Positions 1 to 7,917 of a DNA stretch of 19,219 nt are shown here, piece after piece. The notes under the pieces are model-generated. The model had not been told where the DNA came from. It worked only from the letters and a program-made list of their open reading frames with translations, and did no database searches. Within the stretch, counting starts at the first letter, position 1. Each line of letters starts with the position of its first letter. The translations under genes and the position numbers were made by a program. Source of the stretch: a virus. The DNA lies in UHGV virus genome UHGV-0267650; one strand, written 5' to 3'.

Positions 1-119
1 CGTAACACTCCCTCACCGATCCATTTATCAAAGAGTGATTTTTCGAATGCGTCTTTGAAAGCATCGATCATTGTTACCTGCCAATGCCCGTACCGATTTT
101 TAAGTCGGGCATCGGAAAA

Positions 120-386
120 CCGTCACAACTATCACGCATCCTGAAATCACACCTTAACCACATGATTAATTTAAATAAATATTGTGACGGTAAAACCATC
201 ACAAAACGTAACGTAAACAGTCACACCCAATAAATTCAGTAAGTTATAAAACAGAGTTGTGATGGCTTAAGACCGTCACACTGGGATGCTGTTGTGATAG
301 TTTTGTGATGGTTTTCAATACCACTATTTACTTATATTTATCATAGAGATAGTTATTATTTTTAAGTCTTGTGACGTTTGTGACGG
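120..386. repeat. Array of at least ten copies of an 8-bp motif TGTGAYRG (or its complement CYRTCACA) in direct and inverted pairs around an AT-rich core
   Basis: Copies read directly: 120-127 (-), 129-136 (-), 183-190 (+), 196-203 (-), 258-265 (+), 273-280 (-), 293-300 (+), 304-311 (+), 370-376 (+), 379-386 (+). The pair at 258-280 forms a 23-bp near-palindrome TGTGATGG-CTTAAGA-CCGTCACA. Confidence 0.7.
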
Positions 387-1016
387 TTTTCCGATGGTCC
401 CCCTCAATTTTTGAAAAAATCAGAATCGGTCAGAAATCACCCTGATTTGTTGGTAGTTTTGTATATCTATCTGTTAGTGACTTGAACACTGTAGCGTATA
501 CGTTAATGCAGGTATGGCGATGGTTCATGCTGTGCAAAGTATTTCAGTTCCGCATTTCATTGCTATTACGCGCCAGAGCACGTCAGCTAAGGCCTGGACA
601 CTTCCACGCACTGACCTGATCTCGCTGCGACCGTTACGTAAAAAGTCACGTAATCGCTGTTAACCCCGCATGAAACCCGGCACCGGCATTGTTCACCCAC
701 AGCCGGTCATCGCACAAAAACTGAAATCCTTGAAATTTGTTTCACACATTTCAGTTGGCGAACTACTGCCAAAGCCCCAGCGCTGGCGCGGTCTGGCGAT
801 GTGTTTTGTACCACCGGAAAAACTGAAATCATTCTCAACACGAAAACCGCAGGCGGGTGCGGTGTAGCGCCGTTTTCGTCACTTCCGCCGTTATTTCGTC
901 ACGGCAGGCTGTATCAGCGCCTTGCTGCGCTACTGAAGTTAATCAGGTTGGGATGAACGGGTGCAGATAATTACGGCGCTCAGAATGCGTCTGGTGAGGT
1001 CTGGTGGATACGATAA

Positions 1017-1035
1017 AGCCCGCATAATGCGGGCT
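1017..1035 (-). terminator. Rho-independent terminator candidate closing the leftward late operon
   Basis: Perfect 8-bp GC-rich inverted repeat AGCCCGCA / TGCGGGCT with a 3-nt loop, about 10 nt downstream of the stop of the last tail gene (1046). On the - strand transcript the hairpin is followed by UUAUCGUAU, which is only moderately U-rich. Confidence 0.5.
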
Positions 1036-1045
1036 GGTTGAGTAA

Positions 1046-2749
1046 TCAGGCAATAATGTTCTGGTACTTGCTCCGGGTTTCTCCGGCTTTCGTGGCGGTC
1101 TGCGTGAATGATGCCGCATTGGTCGGTGTGCCGACGCTGGGGTGTGAGTGACTGGCGCACTGCCTTGCCAGTTCTGCCAGTAAATCAATGGTATCCAGCA
1201 TCATGGTCAGGGCGTTGATACTCTCGCTGCCAATATGGACAGTTGCCCCCATGACCTGCTGACCGCCAGTGGCCACCGATTTACGTAATGCGGCAATCTT
1301 TTCTGTCAGGGTTCCCCCCACATCAACATCCACGGTGCCGGCTACTTTCGTGGATTGTTTGCCAGTTATATCGGCTTCGTCATTCCCCTCAATGCTGGCC
1401 AGCCTGTTACCTTTCACCGCCTGGCTATAATCACCGGCGCTTACCTGCTGGATGGCTCCGGCCAGCAGTGTGGCGGTTCCCAGTACCGTAGTTTTATCCG
1501 TGGCTTTCACCGTGGTTTCACGGCTGACCAGTTCGCGCTGTTCTGTATCGGCTTTTACAGTTCGCACCATTGATGTTTCGCTGATGGTCTGATCGGTCTG
1601 CCTTACCCAGTCCCCCGCCTGAGTCACTCTCTGGGATACTTCTTCCCGCTGCTGCTGTAATTGCTCACCGGGTTTAACGTCCGGCAGACTGGTGCCATCC
1701 GGTAGCGTCTGCCTGATAAAGGGTTTATCCGGTCTGCCTCCTGTGAATGCGACCTCAACCAGCGTCCCTTCTGGCGGGAACTGAAACATACCTGAATCAT
1801 TCCCGGCCATTGGTACCGGCAGCGGCACCGCTGAATAAACAGGCGTCTGATTGTCCGGGTTTCCGTCTGCGTCAAGCAGCTGAACGTCCACGGCGTAACG
1901 TGGACGGAAGGGATCGGCAAAGTTACCGCTTTTTACCGGCTCTGAATGCGCCACGACTCTGGCCATCTTTGGCAAATGAAGCCCGGATGCCAGTTCCGGG
2001 TAATGGCTTTCAATCTGCCGTTGCGCCGGTGTTTTCTGCAAAGGTTTACCCGTTGCGCGGTTTCTCGGCGTCCATGTGATCGCCATCGTGTCATTCGTCA
2101 GGTGAACTTTAGTCACGCGTTCACCGTTCATCTCCACCCCTGGCCGCATAGTCTGGATCACTGGTAATGTCACAGAGTTACCGCCAGCAGCCCCCTGGCT
2201 GAACTCTGACGGGATTTCTACGGGACGACCGGCAAATAATGACTTTTCTGCGCCGCCGACGTAAAGCGAACCATCAGGCAACTGGTACCAGATGTAATCC
2301 AGGATACTGAACGCCCTGCCCAGATTGTTCAGCAACTGATAACCTGTACCGTTATGGGTAAAATGTGGGATGGGGGTATCGCTGTACTGTGCATCAGGCA
2401 CACTGACCGTGATCCCGCTGTTTTCTTCCAGCCAGCCCGCAATTTCACGCAAAGTCGGGTGTTGAAACGAACATGGCCACATCCTTTCAAACACACCTAC
2501 CAGCTCACGAATGAACAGACGCTGAAAACCTTTTTCCGCGGGCTGCGATCGCTCCACATACCCCGTAAACCAGCGCAAAAGCAGATCGGTATACCCCACA
2601 TCCAGCCGCACCAGTTTTCCGGTGTAATCGGTTGTTGTCTCTGCGGTGATGAAGCCCCGGCCGCAGTTGTTCAGCTCCAGTACCAGGCTGGCGTCCGCCA
2701 TGTGAACTTCATCCGTTGAAAGGTAAAGGCGTTTTACTGGTTTCATCAT
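1046..2749 (-). CDS. Baseplate central spike protein: gpV-like OB-fold and apex in the C-terminal half, with a ~300-aa N-terminal extension of unknown identity (possibly hub-like)
   Basis: 567-aa ORF, last gene of the operon. Residues ~321-345 PPEGTLVEVAFTGGRPDKPFI resemble the OB-fold motif of P2 gpV as I recall it (PSVGEQVLILAVGGELDTAFV). Near the C-terminus ASHSHPSVGTPT resembles the gpV apex motif HTHKHPGDSGGTTGSP. Its start codon overlaps the stop of the upstream ORF. Confidence 0.6.
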   Translation of the reverse strand: MMKPVKRLYLSTDEVHMADASLVLELNNCGRGFITAETTTDYTGKLVRLDVGYTDLLLRWFTGYVERSQPAEKGFQRLFIRELVGVFERMWPCSFQHPTLREIAGWLEENSGITVSVPDAQYSDTPIPHFTHNGTGYQLLNNLGRAFSILDYIWYQLPDGSLYVGGAEKSLFAGRPVEIPSEFSQGAAGGNSVTLPVIQTMRPGVEMNGERVTKVHLTNDTMAITWTPRNRATGKPLQKTPAQRQIESHYPELASGLHLPKMARVVAHSEPVKSGNFADPFRPRYAVDVQLLDADGNPDNQTPVYSAVPLPVPMAGNDSGMFQFPPEGTLVEVAFTGGRPDKPFIRQTLPDGTSLPDVKPGEQLQQQREEVSQRVTQAGDWVRQTDQTISETSMVRTVKADTEQRELVSRETTVKATDKTTVLGTATLLAGAIQQVSAGDYSQAVKGNRLASIEGNDEADITGKQSTKVAGTVDVDVGGTLTEKIAALRKSVATGGQQVMGATVHIGSESINALTMMLDTIDLLAELARQCASHSHPSVGTPTNAASFTQTATKAGETRSKYQNIIA

Positions 2750-3294
2750 TAACCCAAAGCATCATTGACGGGCTTCAGCACCTTGCGTTCAAACCACGTC
2801 AGTTTTTCTTCATCCTCTCCGGCAGACTGGCCACCGGACTGTCCCGCACTACCGGCAGTTTGTTTTTTTGCGGTCGTCTTACCTGTTGCCCTGGCCTCTC
2901 GCTTTTCCTGCACGCTGATATGTTCCGCCAGTGTGAATGTCACCAGCCAGGACATTTTCCCGTCCTGCTGGGGTGCATCCAGCATCCCGCTGAACGTTGC
3001 TTCACGAAAATTAACAGCACGGGCAACTTCATGCGCCACGCGGTACTTCTGACGATTACCACTGGCATCGGTAGCACTGGCCAGCTCAAAAATACGCTTG
3101 AGTATTTCAGGCTGTTTAAAAGGTATTTCCCCGCTGATCCGCAGTTCCTTTCCCTTTGCTCCCTGCTCTGATTTTGTTGTGGCGCTGGTCTGGCCGGACT
3201 GATCTTTATCCTGAAACTGCTGTGAAACAGTCACCCGCATGTTTTTCAGCTGGATGGCCTCGCCATTAAGCGCCAGTGTCGGGATCGAAGTCAT
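2749..3294 (-). CDS. Hypothetical protein within the tail operon (181 aa), function unknown
   Basis: Long - strand ORF packed between neighbours; overlaps the upstream ORF by 29 nt and shares position 2749 with the start of the spike gene. Contains a low-complexity Q/S/T/G/K-rich segment. No family recognised. Confidence 0.45.
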   Translation of the reverse strand: MTSIPTLALNGEAIQLKNMRVTVSQQFQDKDQSGQTSATTKSEQGAKGKELRISGEIPFKQPEILKRIFELASATDASGNRQKYRVAHEVARAVNFREATFSGMLDAPQQDGKMSWLVTFTLAEHISVQEKREARATGKTTAKKQTAGSAGQSGGQSAGEDEEKLTWFERKVLKPVNDALG

Positions 3295-3991
3295 GAATCA
3301 TTCCCTTTATTCCATCAAGATTATCGCCAACCAGCATCATTGCAGCGGTGTACACGGCAGACTGCTGCGGAATGTCCTCCACCAGTTCCAGTAACGTGGT
3401 GCCGGTGTCTCCGCTGGCAGTAAAAACCCACGCTCTGGCACTCTTCCCCTGTAAATCATTCAGGCCGCTGGCCACATCACTGATAAGCTGGTCACGCATC
3501 TGCGTGAACTCGCCCAGCTGTTTTTTCAGCCCTTCGATATCAAACCCGGCACCCGCCGCCTTTTGTGCCTGGCTGATTGCCGCAGCAGATAAAGCTGCCC
3601 TGCTGGTTGGTACAGACAACGGAATGGGCGCAGGTAACGCAGCGGCGGTTTTCGCAGGGATCTGCATCTTTTCAATAGCCAGCGCTGCGGCGGATTGCGC
3701 CAGCCGTTTGACCTGTGTGAATGCCGGGGCGGGGAAAATCCCGACCAGGTTATTCAGGCTGGCCATAAAGTTTTCCTGTGTCTGTCCGGTGACCATCATA
3801 ATCACCACGTCCACATTCCCCCCTGTTCCGGCCAGGCGTTCAGCAAGATAGCGAACAGCATTAACCGGGCTGAGATATGCCCCGTTTGCTGTCTGCTGTC
3901 CCAGCCCATAAATCCACGGATGCGCAGGGACGATCGAACAGTTCAGCGCAGCAACAGAATCCGTGAAGGCCAGACGTGCTTCACGCCACAT
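3266..3991 (-). CDS. Hypothetical protein within the tail operon (~241 aa), function unknown; apparently two domains joined by an Ala/Pro-rich linker
   Basis: The ORF track gives 3266..4027, but the ATG at 3991 is preceded by GGAGG at about -9, so I prefer it as the start. It overlaps the Tfa stop by 11 nt. Ala/Pro-rich linker AAALAIEKMQIPAKTAAALPAPIPLSVPTSRAALSAAAIS. No family recognised. Confidence 0.45.
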   Translation of the reverse strand: MWREARLAFTDSVAALNCSIVPAHPWIYGLGQQTANGAYLSPVNAVRYLAERLAGTGGNVDVVIMMVTGQTQENFMASLNNLVGIFPAPAFTQVKRLAQSAAALAIEKMQIPAKTAAALPAPIPLSVPTSRAALSAAAISQAQKAAGAGFDIEGLKKQLGEFTQMRDQLISDVASGLNDLQGKSARAWVFTASGDTGTTLLELVEDIPQQSAVYTAAMMLVGDNLDGIKGMIHDFDPDTGA

Positions 3992-4568
3992 TTCCAGGCA
4001 CCTCCGGCCACACAATTTCCGGCGCATCTTCCGGTTGAATACGATTCAGTAAAACGCGGAATTTTTTCCATGCAGTAAGCAGTAGCGCTTCTTCTTCGGT
4101 CGCCATGTCAAAATCAACGGCATCCTGCAATGTGGCAATGGCATCATTGGCCTGTTTAAGCAGTCTTTTCTTTTCGGCGTCTGCCTCGCTGACTAATGCA
4201 ATTCGCATGGCCTCCGCATCATCCATCCACGCCTTACCATTCCATTTTTGCCAGGCATTAGCCGGTGCTGACGTGGTTGTCCCTTCCGGGTAAGCGCCTG
4301 GCTCGGTGATCACCAGTTCATTACCGTTTTCTGTATCAAACACCACCTCACCACGGTGATCCTCACGGGAAATCCATCTTTGCTTCTCTGAATCAAAAAT
4401 CGCCACAAATCCCGCTTTGATTGCCGGTGGCTTTATCGTGGTGCAGTTAGCTGGCAGTCCGGTATGCGCAGGAATAAAAGCATCACCCGAACCAATAAAT
4501 TCATTCGTATCGGAACGCAGGTTATAAACAGTAACTGTTTGATCGGTTTCACTCATTTTAAAAGTCAT
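3981..4568 (-). CDS. Tail fiber assembly protein (Tfa / P2 gpG-like chaperone)
   Basis: 195-aa ORF immediately downstream of the tail fiber gene, sharing position 4568 with the fiber stop. Size, position and general sequence character fit the tail-fibre assembly family; called from memory, not from a search. Confidence 0.6.
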   Translation of the reverse strand: MTFKMSETDQTVTVYNLRSDTNEFIGSGDAFIPAHTGLPANCTTIKPPAIKAGFVAIFDSEKQRWISREDHRGEVVFDTENGNELVITEPGAYPEGTTTSAPANAWQKWNGKAWMDDAEAMRIALVSEADAEKKRLLKQANDAIATLQDAVDFDMATEEEALLLTAWKKFRVLLNRIQPEDAPEIVWPEVPGNVA

Positions 4569-6142
4569 TATGCGAGTCTCACTATGTAGTTAAATGCAAT
4601 ATTCTTAACGGTCGTTTCTGCGTTGCCCGACGCGACGACGGTAATGGTGTGACTGTGTGCGCCAATGGCTACGGTATGAGAGTGAGCGCCAATACCTACG
4701 GAGTGATTATGTGCGCCAATGGCTACGGTGTGCGCGTGGTTTCCCGCTGAACTGGTATTTACGGTATATGCAGTACCACTTCCGCCTGCTGATCTGGCTA
4801 TTCCTGAACCATCAGTGCCTCGCGTGGTAAAACCGTGTGCGTGCGCCCCTGTCGTATTTGTCGTTTTTGTACCGTGGTCAAACGTACTCGCCGTTTTAGT
4901 ACCGTAATCAAATGAGGATGTTGATTTCGTTCCCAGATCGGTACTTGATGCACTGGCAGTGTGAGCATGGGATTTATTGCCATCATCTTCACAGGACAAT
5001 ACTGCGCGGCCATCTGGTTTTCCTTTGATTGTCTGGCGGCGCATGTCAGTAATAACACCCGATGGATACGCAGCAGCCAGCAAAGGATATGCCGCTGTAT
5101 TAAAAGACTGCCCTTGCATAATTGCCCATCCAGTAGGTGGGATATCTGTTGGCCAGGGAAGCGGCACACCAACCGGCAGAACATCACTACGACTTAAAAC
5201 GGCCAGTTCACCCAGATCCAGGCTTTTTCTTGCCTTTACCTTGTCGTTAACATCAGCAAGGTTTGCATCCTTACGCAAAAAATCGATGCTGGCCTGCTGT
5301 TCTCCCAGGTTACCTTTTGGCCGTAAATCCGTGATGTTGCCATCCACATCAATGCTGGCCACCGCAAACACGTAATGCTGAACCCCGTTCTGAACGTAAT
5401 CAGCAAGATTTGCTGCCACCGTGATTTTGCTCTGCACATTCCAGACACTAGTCAGTGTCCCTGTCCAGCACACATCCAGCCAGACTTTTACCGGCTTTGT
5501 CGTCACCGTAATATTCTGGTTCGCTGCCAGTGACGCACGAAGTCCAGCCACATAACCCGTGCCTTTCGTGACAAAAAACTGATTGCCGGTTTTGGCTACC
5601 AGATACCCGTCACCAAAAAACGCCGCCGCGCCATAAATATCCATATTTTCCAGGCGCTGGCGCTCATCCATTCCGGCCATACGCGCGGTGAAATCAATCT
5701 GCCAGGTTTCAGCAGGCGTACTAATCCCGGTTTCCGTCTGTGCGCCGTTGTACTCCATCAGAAACGAGCGGGTCAGCACGTTTCCCTGTTGCCCTTCTTT
5801 TGTTTTCAGTTTCTGCTGTGATGGTGCATGGACAATCATTGCCAGCGTACCGCTGGCCTTATTGAGCAGACCGATCCAGTTAAAACTGAAATCACCCACA
5901 TCTGCGCCCAGCACTACGGAATAAACCACCCCATTTTCATTCACCACACCCGTGCGGGTAACAGCCTGCCGGTGAACAATCTGTGCTGTCGGGGGTAACA
6001 CTTCATTACGGTCAACAGGTGTATCCGGGTTTAAATCCGGCACACTGGCAAATACAAATTCGTCCAGTAGTACCGGTTCACCCGTAGCGCCCTGTTGCGC
6101 TTTCCAGTTTTCAAATGCCAGTGTGATGGCTGTCTGTGACAT
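4568..6142 (-). CDS. Tail fiber protein (P2 gpH / Mu gpS-like N-terminus; His-rich repeat C-terminal tip)
   Basis: 524-aa ORF with AAGGAG about 8 nt upstream of the ATG. The N-terminal ~100 aa resemble the conserved N-terminal domain of P2 H / Mu S fibers. The C-terminus carries tandem 11-aa repeats rich in H-x-H ([32 protein letters not shown]), and the gene is followed by a Tfa gene. Confidence 0.75.
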   Translation of the reverse strand: MSQTAITLAFENWKAQQGATGEPVLLDEFVFASVPDLNPDTPVDRNEVLPPTAQIVHRQAVTRTGVVNENGVVYSVVLGADVGDFSFNWIGLLNKASGTLAMIVHAPSQQKLKTKEGQQGNVLTRSFLMEYNGAQTETGISTPAETWQIDFTARMAGMDERQRLENMDIYGAAAFFGDGYLVAKTGNQFFVTKGTGYVAGLRASLAANQNITVTTKPVKVWLDVCWTGTLTSVWNVQSKITVAANLADYVQNGVQHYVFAVASIDVDGNITDLRPKGNLGEQQASIDFLRKDANLADVNDKVKARKSLDLGELAVLSRSDVLPVGVPLPWPTDIPPTGWAIMQGQSFNTAAYPLLAAAYPSGVITDMRRQTIKGKPDGRAVLSCEDDGNKSHAHTASASSTDLGTKSTSSFDYGTKTASTFDHGTKTTNTTGAHAHGFTTRGTDGSGIARSAGGSGTAYTVNTSSAGNHAHTVAIGAHNHSVGIGAHSHTVAIGAHSHTITVVASGNAETTVKNIAFNYIVRLA

Positions 6143-6152
6143 AAAAAACTCC

Positions 6153-6758
6153 TTACAAACTCGCGCTGAATGCTGCGCTGCGGGCTTCCGTCCCTGCTAA
6201 CATCGCCGGATAAACCACATATTCCCCCTGATCCCATCCGGCTCTGATGGCCAGTTTTTCCGATGTGATCACCTCAAACTGATAGCGGCGGCATGTTCGT
6301 CCGTACTGGCGGATTATCTGGATCAGCAGTTGCGTGTTGTCTGCAATCTGGCTGTCTGTAACCCGAACCAGAATCACATCCCAGTCGATATCCGGTTGCC
6401 GTTCTAACAGCTCCACATAACCAATTCCCAGCCGTTCAAAGATATTGATAAACCCCTCTACTGAACCGGCATCCCGCGCATTCACGAAGGCAAAAGCCAC
6501 GCGTTTGCGGAACAGGGTCAACGGTTCACCATCAAAGCGGGTAATATCCCGGTCATAAGCCAGCAGGTTCAGTAATGCCGGTGTACACGTCAGCGGATCA
6601 AACTGATTCACTGGCCAGATAACCCAGCCGTAAACCTCAGCCCAGAACCGCCGCGCCGTTTTCAGCAACTTGGCCGGCTCCCCTTTGTTCATCCAGGAAG
6701 GAAGCACCATCCCGGCCAGCTTTTTCAGGAACTCACTCATTTTCAATAACCACCGCAA
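6153..6758 (-). CDS. Baseplate/tail protein, P2 gpI-like (Mu gp48-like)
   Basis: 201-aa ORF directly downstream of the J-like gene, in the position of P2 gene I. The real start may be the internal Met (MSEFLKK) at 6740. Weak resemblance to P2 gpI as recalled. Confidence 0.55.
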   Translation of the reverse strand: MRWLLKMSEFLKKLAGMVLPSWMNKGEPAKLLKTARRFWAEVYGWVIWPVNQFDPLTCTPALLNLLAYDRDITRFDGEPLTLFRKRVAFAFVNARDAGSVEGFINIFERLGIGYVELLERQPDIDWDVILVRVTDSQIADNTQLLIQIIRQYGRTCRRYQFEVITSEKLAIRAGWDQGEYVVYPAMLAGTEARSAAFSASL

Positions 6759-7917
6759 GCGATTTCAGACGCGGCACACTCAGTTCACTGGTGATGTCGC
6801 CCAGCGAAAAAGACAGTGATTCCGTCTGCGCAAAGGTTTTATGAATTTCCCGCCCCAGTTGAGAAAAGGAAAACCGCGAATATGGCCACGTCTTCCTGAC
6901 GTCATAATCAGCATTCTCACGAAAGGCACAGCGGATCATGTTTTCCACCCCGTCTTTCAGGGTTTTCCTGTCCTCATCGCTGAAATTGGCCAGATTTTTG
7001 ACATAAACCGTGACGGACAGATCATGAAGCGTTTCCGGCATGGGATAGCACTGCATATCATCACCGTGGCCGTGATGCCCCTGCGTGTTGATATAGTCAT
7101 TGACGGCATCCACGAACGGCGAAGAAGCCACCCCGCTGTCCAGCAACAGATACGCGTTGGCGGTACCGGGTCCCCTCGGCGCTTCATGTTCAAAGAAAAT
7201 CCGGTCAATACTCAGCCCTGCAACGCCGGCAATCATTGACCGGTAAACGGCGTCAGTGTGGTAATTCCCCACCAGATTGAACTGATTGCGGCAGCGTTCG
7301 CGCAGCTCATCATCACTTTCTTCATCCGCGCCCGGTACGGTCAGCCAGTTTTCTTCGCTGGTCACGTGGCTGATACCGTCAACGGCAACCGGCAGAATGC
7401 GGTAATATCCCGGCGCAAGGTTATATGCGCCCCCGGTGCCGGTGGCTTTCACCGGCAGTAATGCGCTGGCCATACCGGAAGCGATCACCACATCCTCACT
7501 GGTGGCCAGCTCATACACGCGGCCGTTAATGCGCTCTGTCTGGATAATCGTCCCGGCTTTCACCGTCACCACAGCTTTTGCATCTTCTTTGAAGAAGCGG
7601 ATCACACCCTGTGCAGCGCTCGCCGGTTTTGCCGTGACGTTCACCGCCCACGCCAGCAGACGCAACATGCTCCCGCTGGCTGTGGCCACAAACATATTGG
7701 CCAGCACGGTGAATACCAGAACGTCTTTCAGCCACATCACTGGTGCGGTCACAATGGCGGTGATTAACCGCCAGAACGGTGACATGCGGGACGTATTGGT
7801 GATAATCCCCTCGTCAGCTGCAATCGCATTAAAGCGATCGCGAACCTCAGATTCCGTCACCGGCATCCCGCTGGCTTTCACCACTTCTTCAAAATCAACC
7901 TGGGGCTTTTCCGTCAT
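6733..7917 (-). CDS. Baseplate J-like protein (P2 gpJ / Mu gp47 family)
   Basis: The ORF track gives 6733..7971 (412 aa). I prefer the ATG at 7917, which overlaps the upstream gene's TGA in an ATGA junction, giving ~394 aa. Size and position (after the gp46/W-like gene, before the I-like gene and fiber) match baseplate J. Confidence 0.65.
   Translation of the reverse strand: MTEKPQVDFEEVVKASGMPVTESEVRDRFNAIAADEGIITNTSRMSPFWRLITAIVTAPVMWLKDVLVFTVLANMFVATASGSMLRLLAWAVNVTAKPASAAQGVIRFFKEDAKAVVTVKAGTIIQTERINGRVYELATSEDVVIASGMASALLPVKATGTGGAYNLAPGYYRILPVAVDGISHVTSEENWLTVPGADEESDDELRERCRNQFNLVGNYHTDAVYRSMIAGVAGLSIDRIFFEHEAPRGPGTANAYLLLDSGVASSPFVDAVNDYINTQGHHGHGDDMQCYPMPETLHDLSVTVYVKNLANFSDEDRKTLKDGVENMIRCAFRENADYDVRKTWPYSRFSFSQLGREIHKTFAQTESLSFSLGDITSELSVPRLKSLAVVIENE

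Noticed and set aside
120-386. CRP binding sites (the motif contains TGTGA ... TCACA)
   Set aside because: Canonical CRP sites are TGTGA-N6-TCACA. Here the inverted pairs are spaced by 11 and 13 bp and most copies are direct repeats, so this is not a simple CRP site cluster.
670-867. 65-aa + strand ORF in the left flank
   Set aside because: No Shine-Dalgarno sequence and no recognisable protein features; the region is better explained as structured non-coding DNA. It is not an Ogr-type protein (no C-x2-C...C-x4-C pattern).
848-867. P2-type cos site
   Set aside because: GCAGGCGGGTGCGG superficially resembles part of the 19-nt P2 cohesive end as I remember it, but the match is partial and cos is expected next to the portal gene beyond the right edge of the window.
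939-1188. 73-aa and 81-aa - strand ORFs overlapping the 3' end of the spike gene
   Set aside because: They lie in alternative frames of a well-supported long gene and across its terminator; typical spurious frames.
4568-6142. Invertible tail-fiber segment (Mu G-segment or P1 C-segment type host-range switch)
   Set aside because: No invertase gene and no long inverted repeats flanking the fiber/Tfa pair are apparent; only a single fiber and a single Tfa gene are present.
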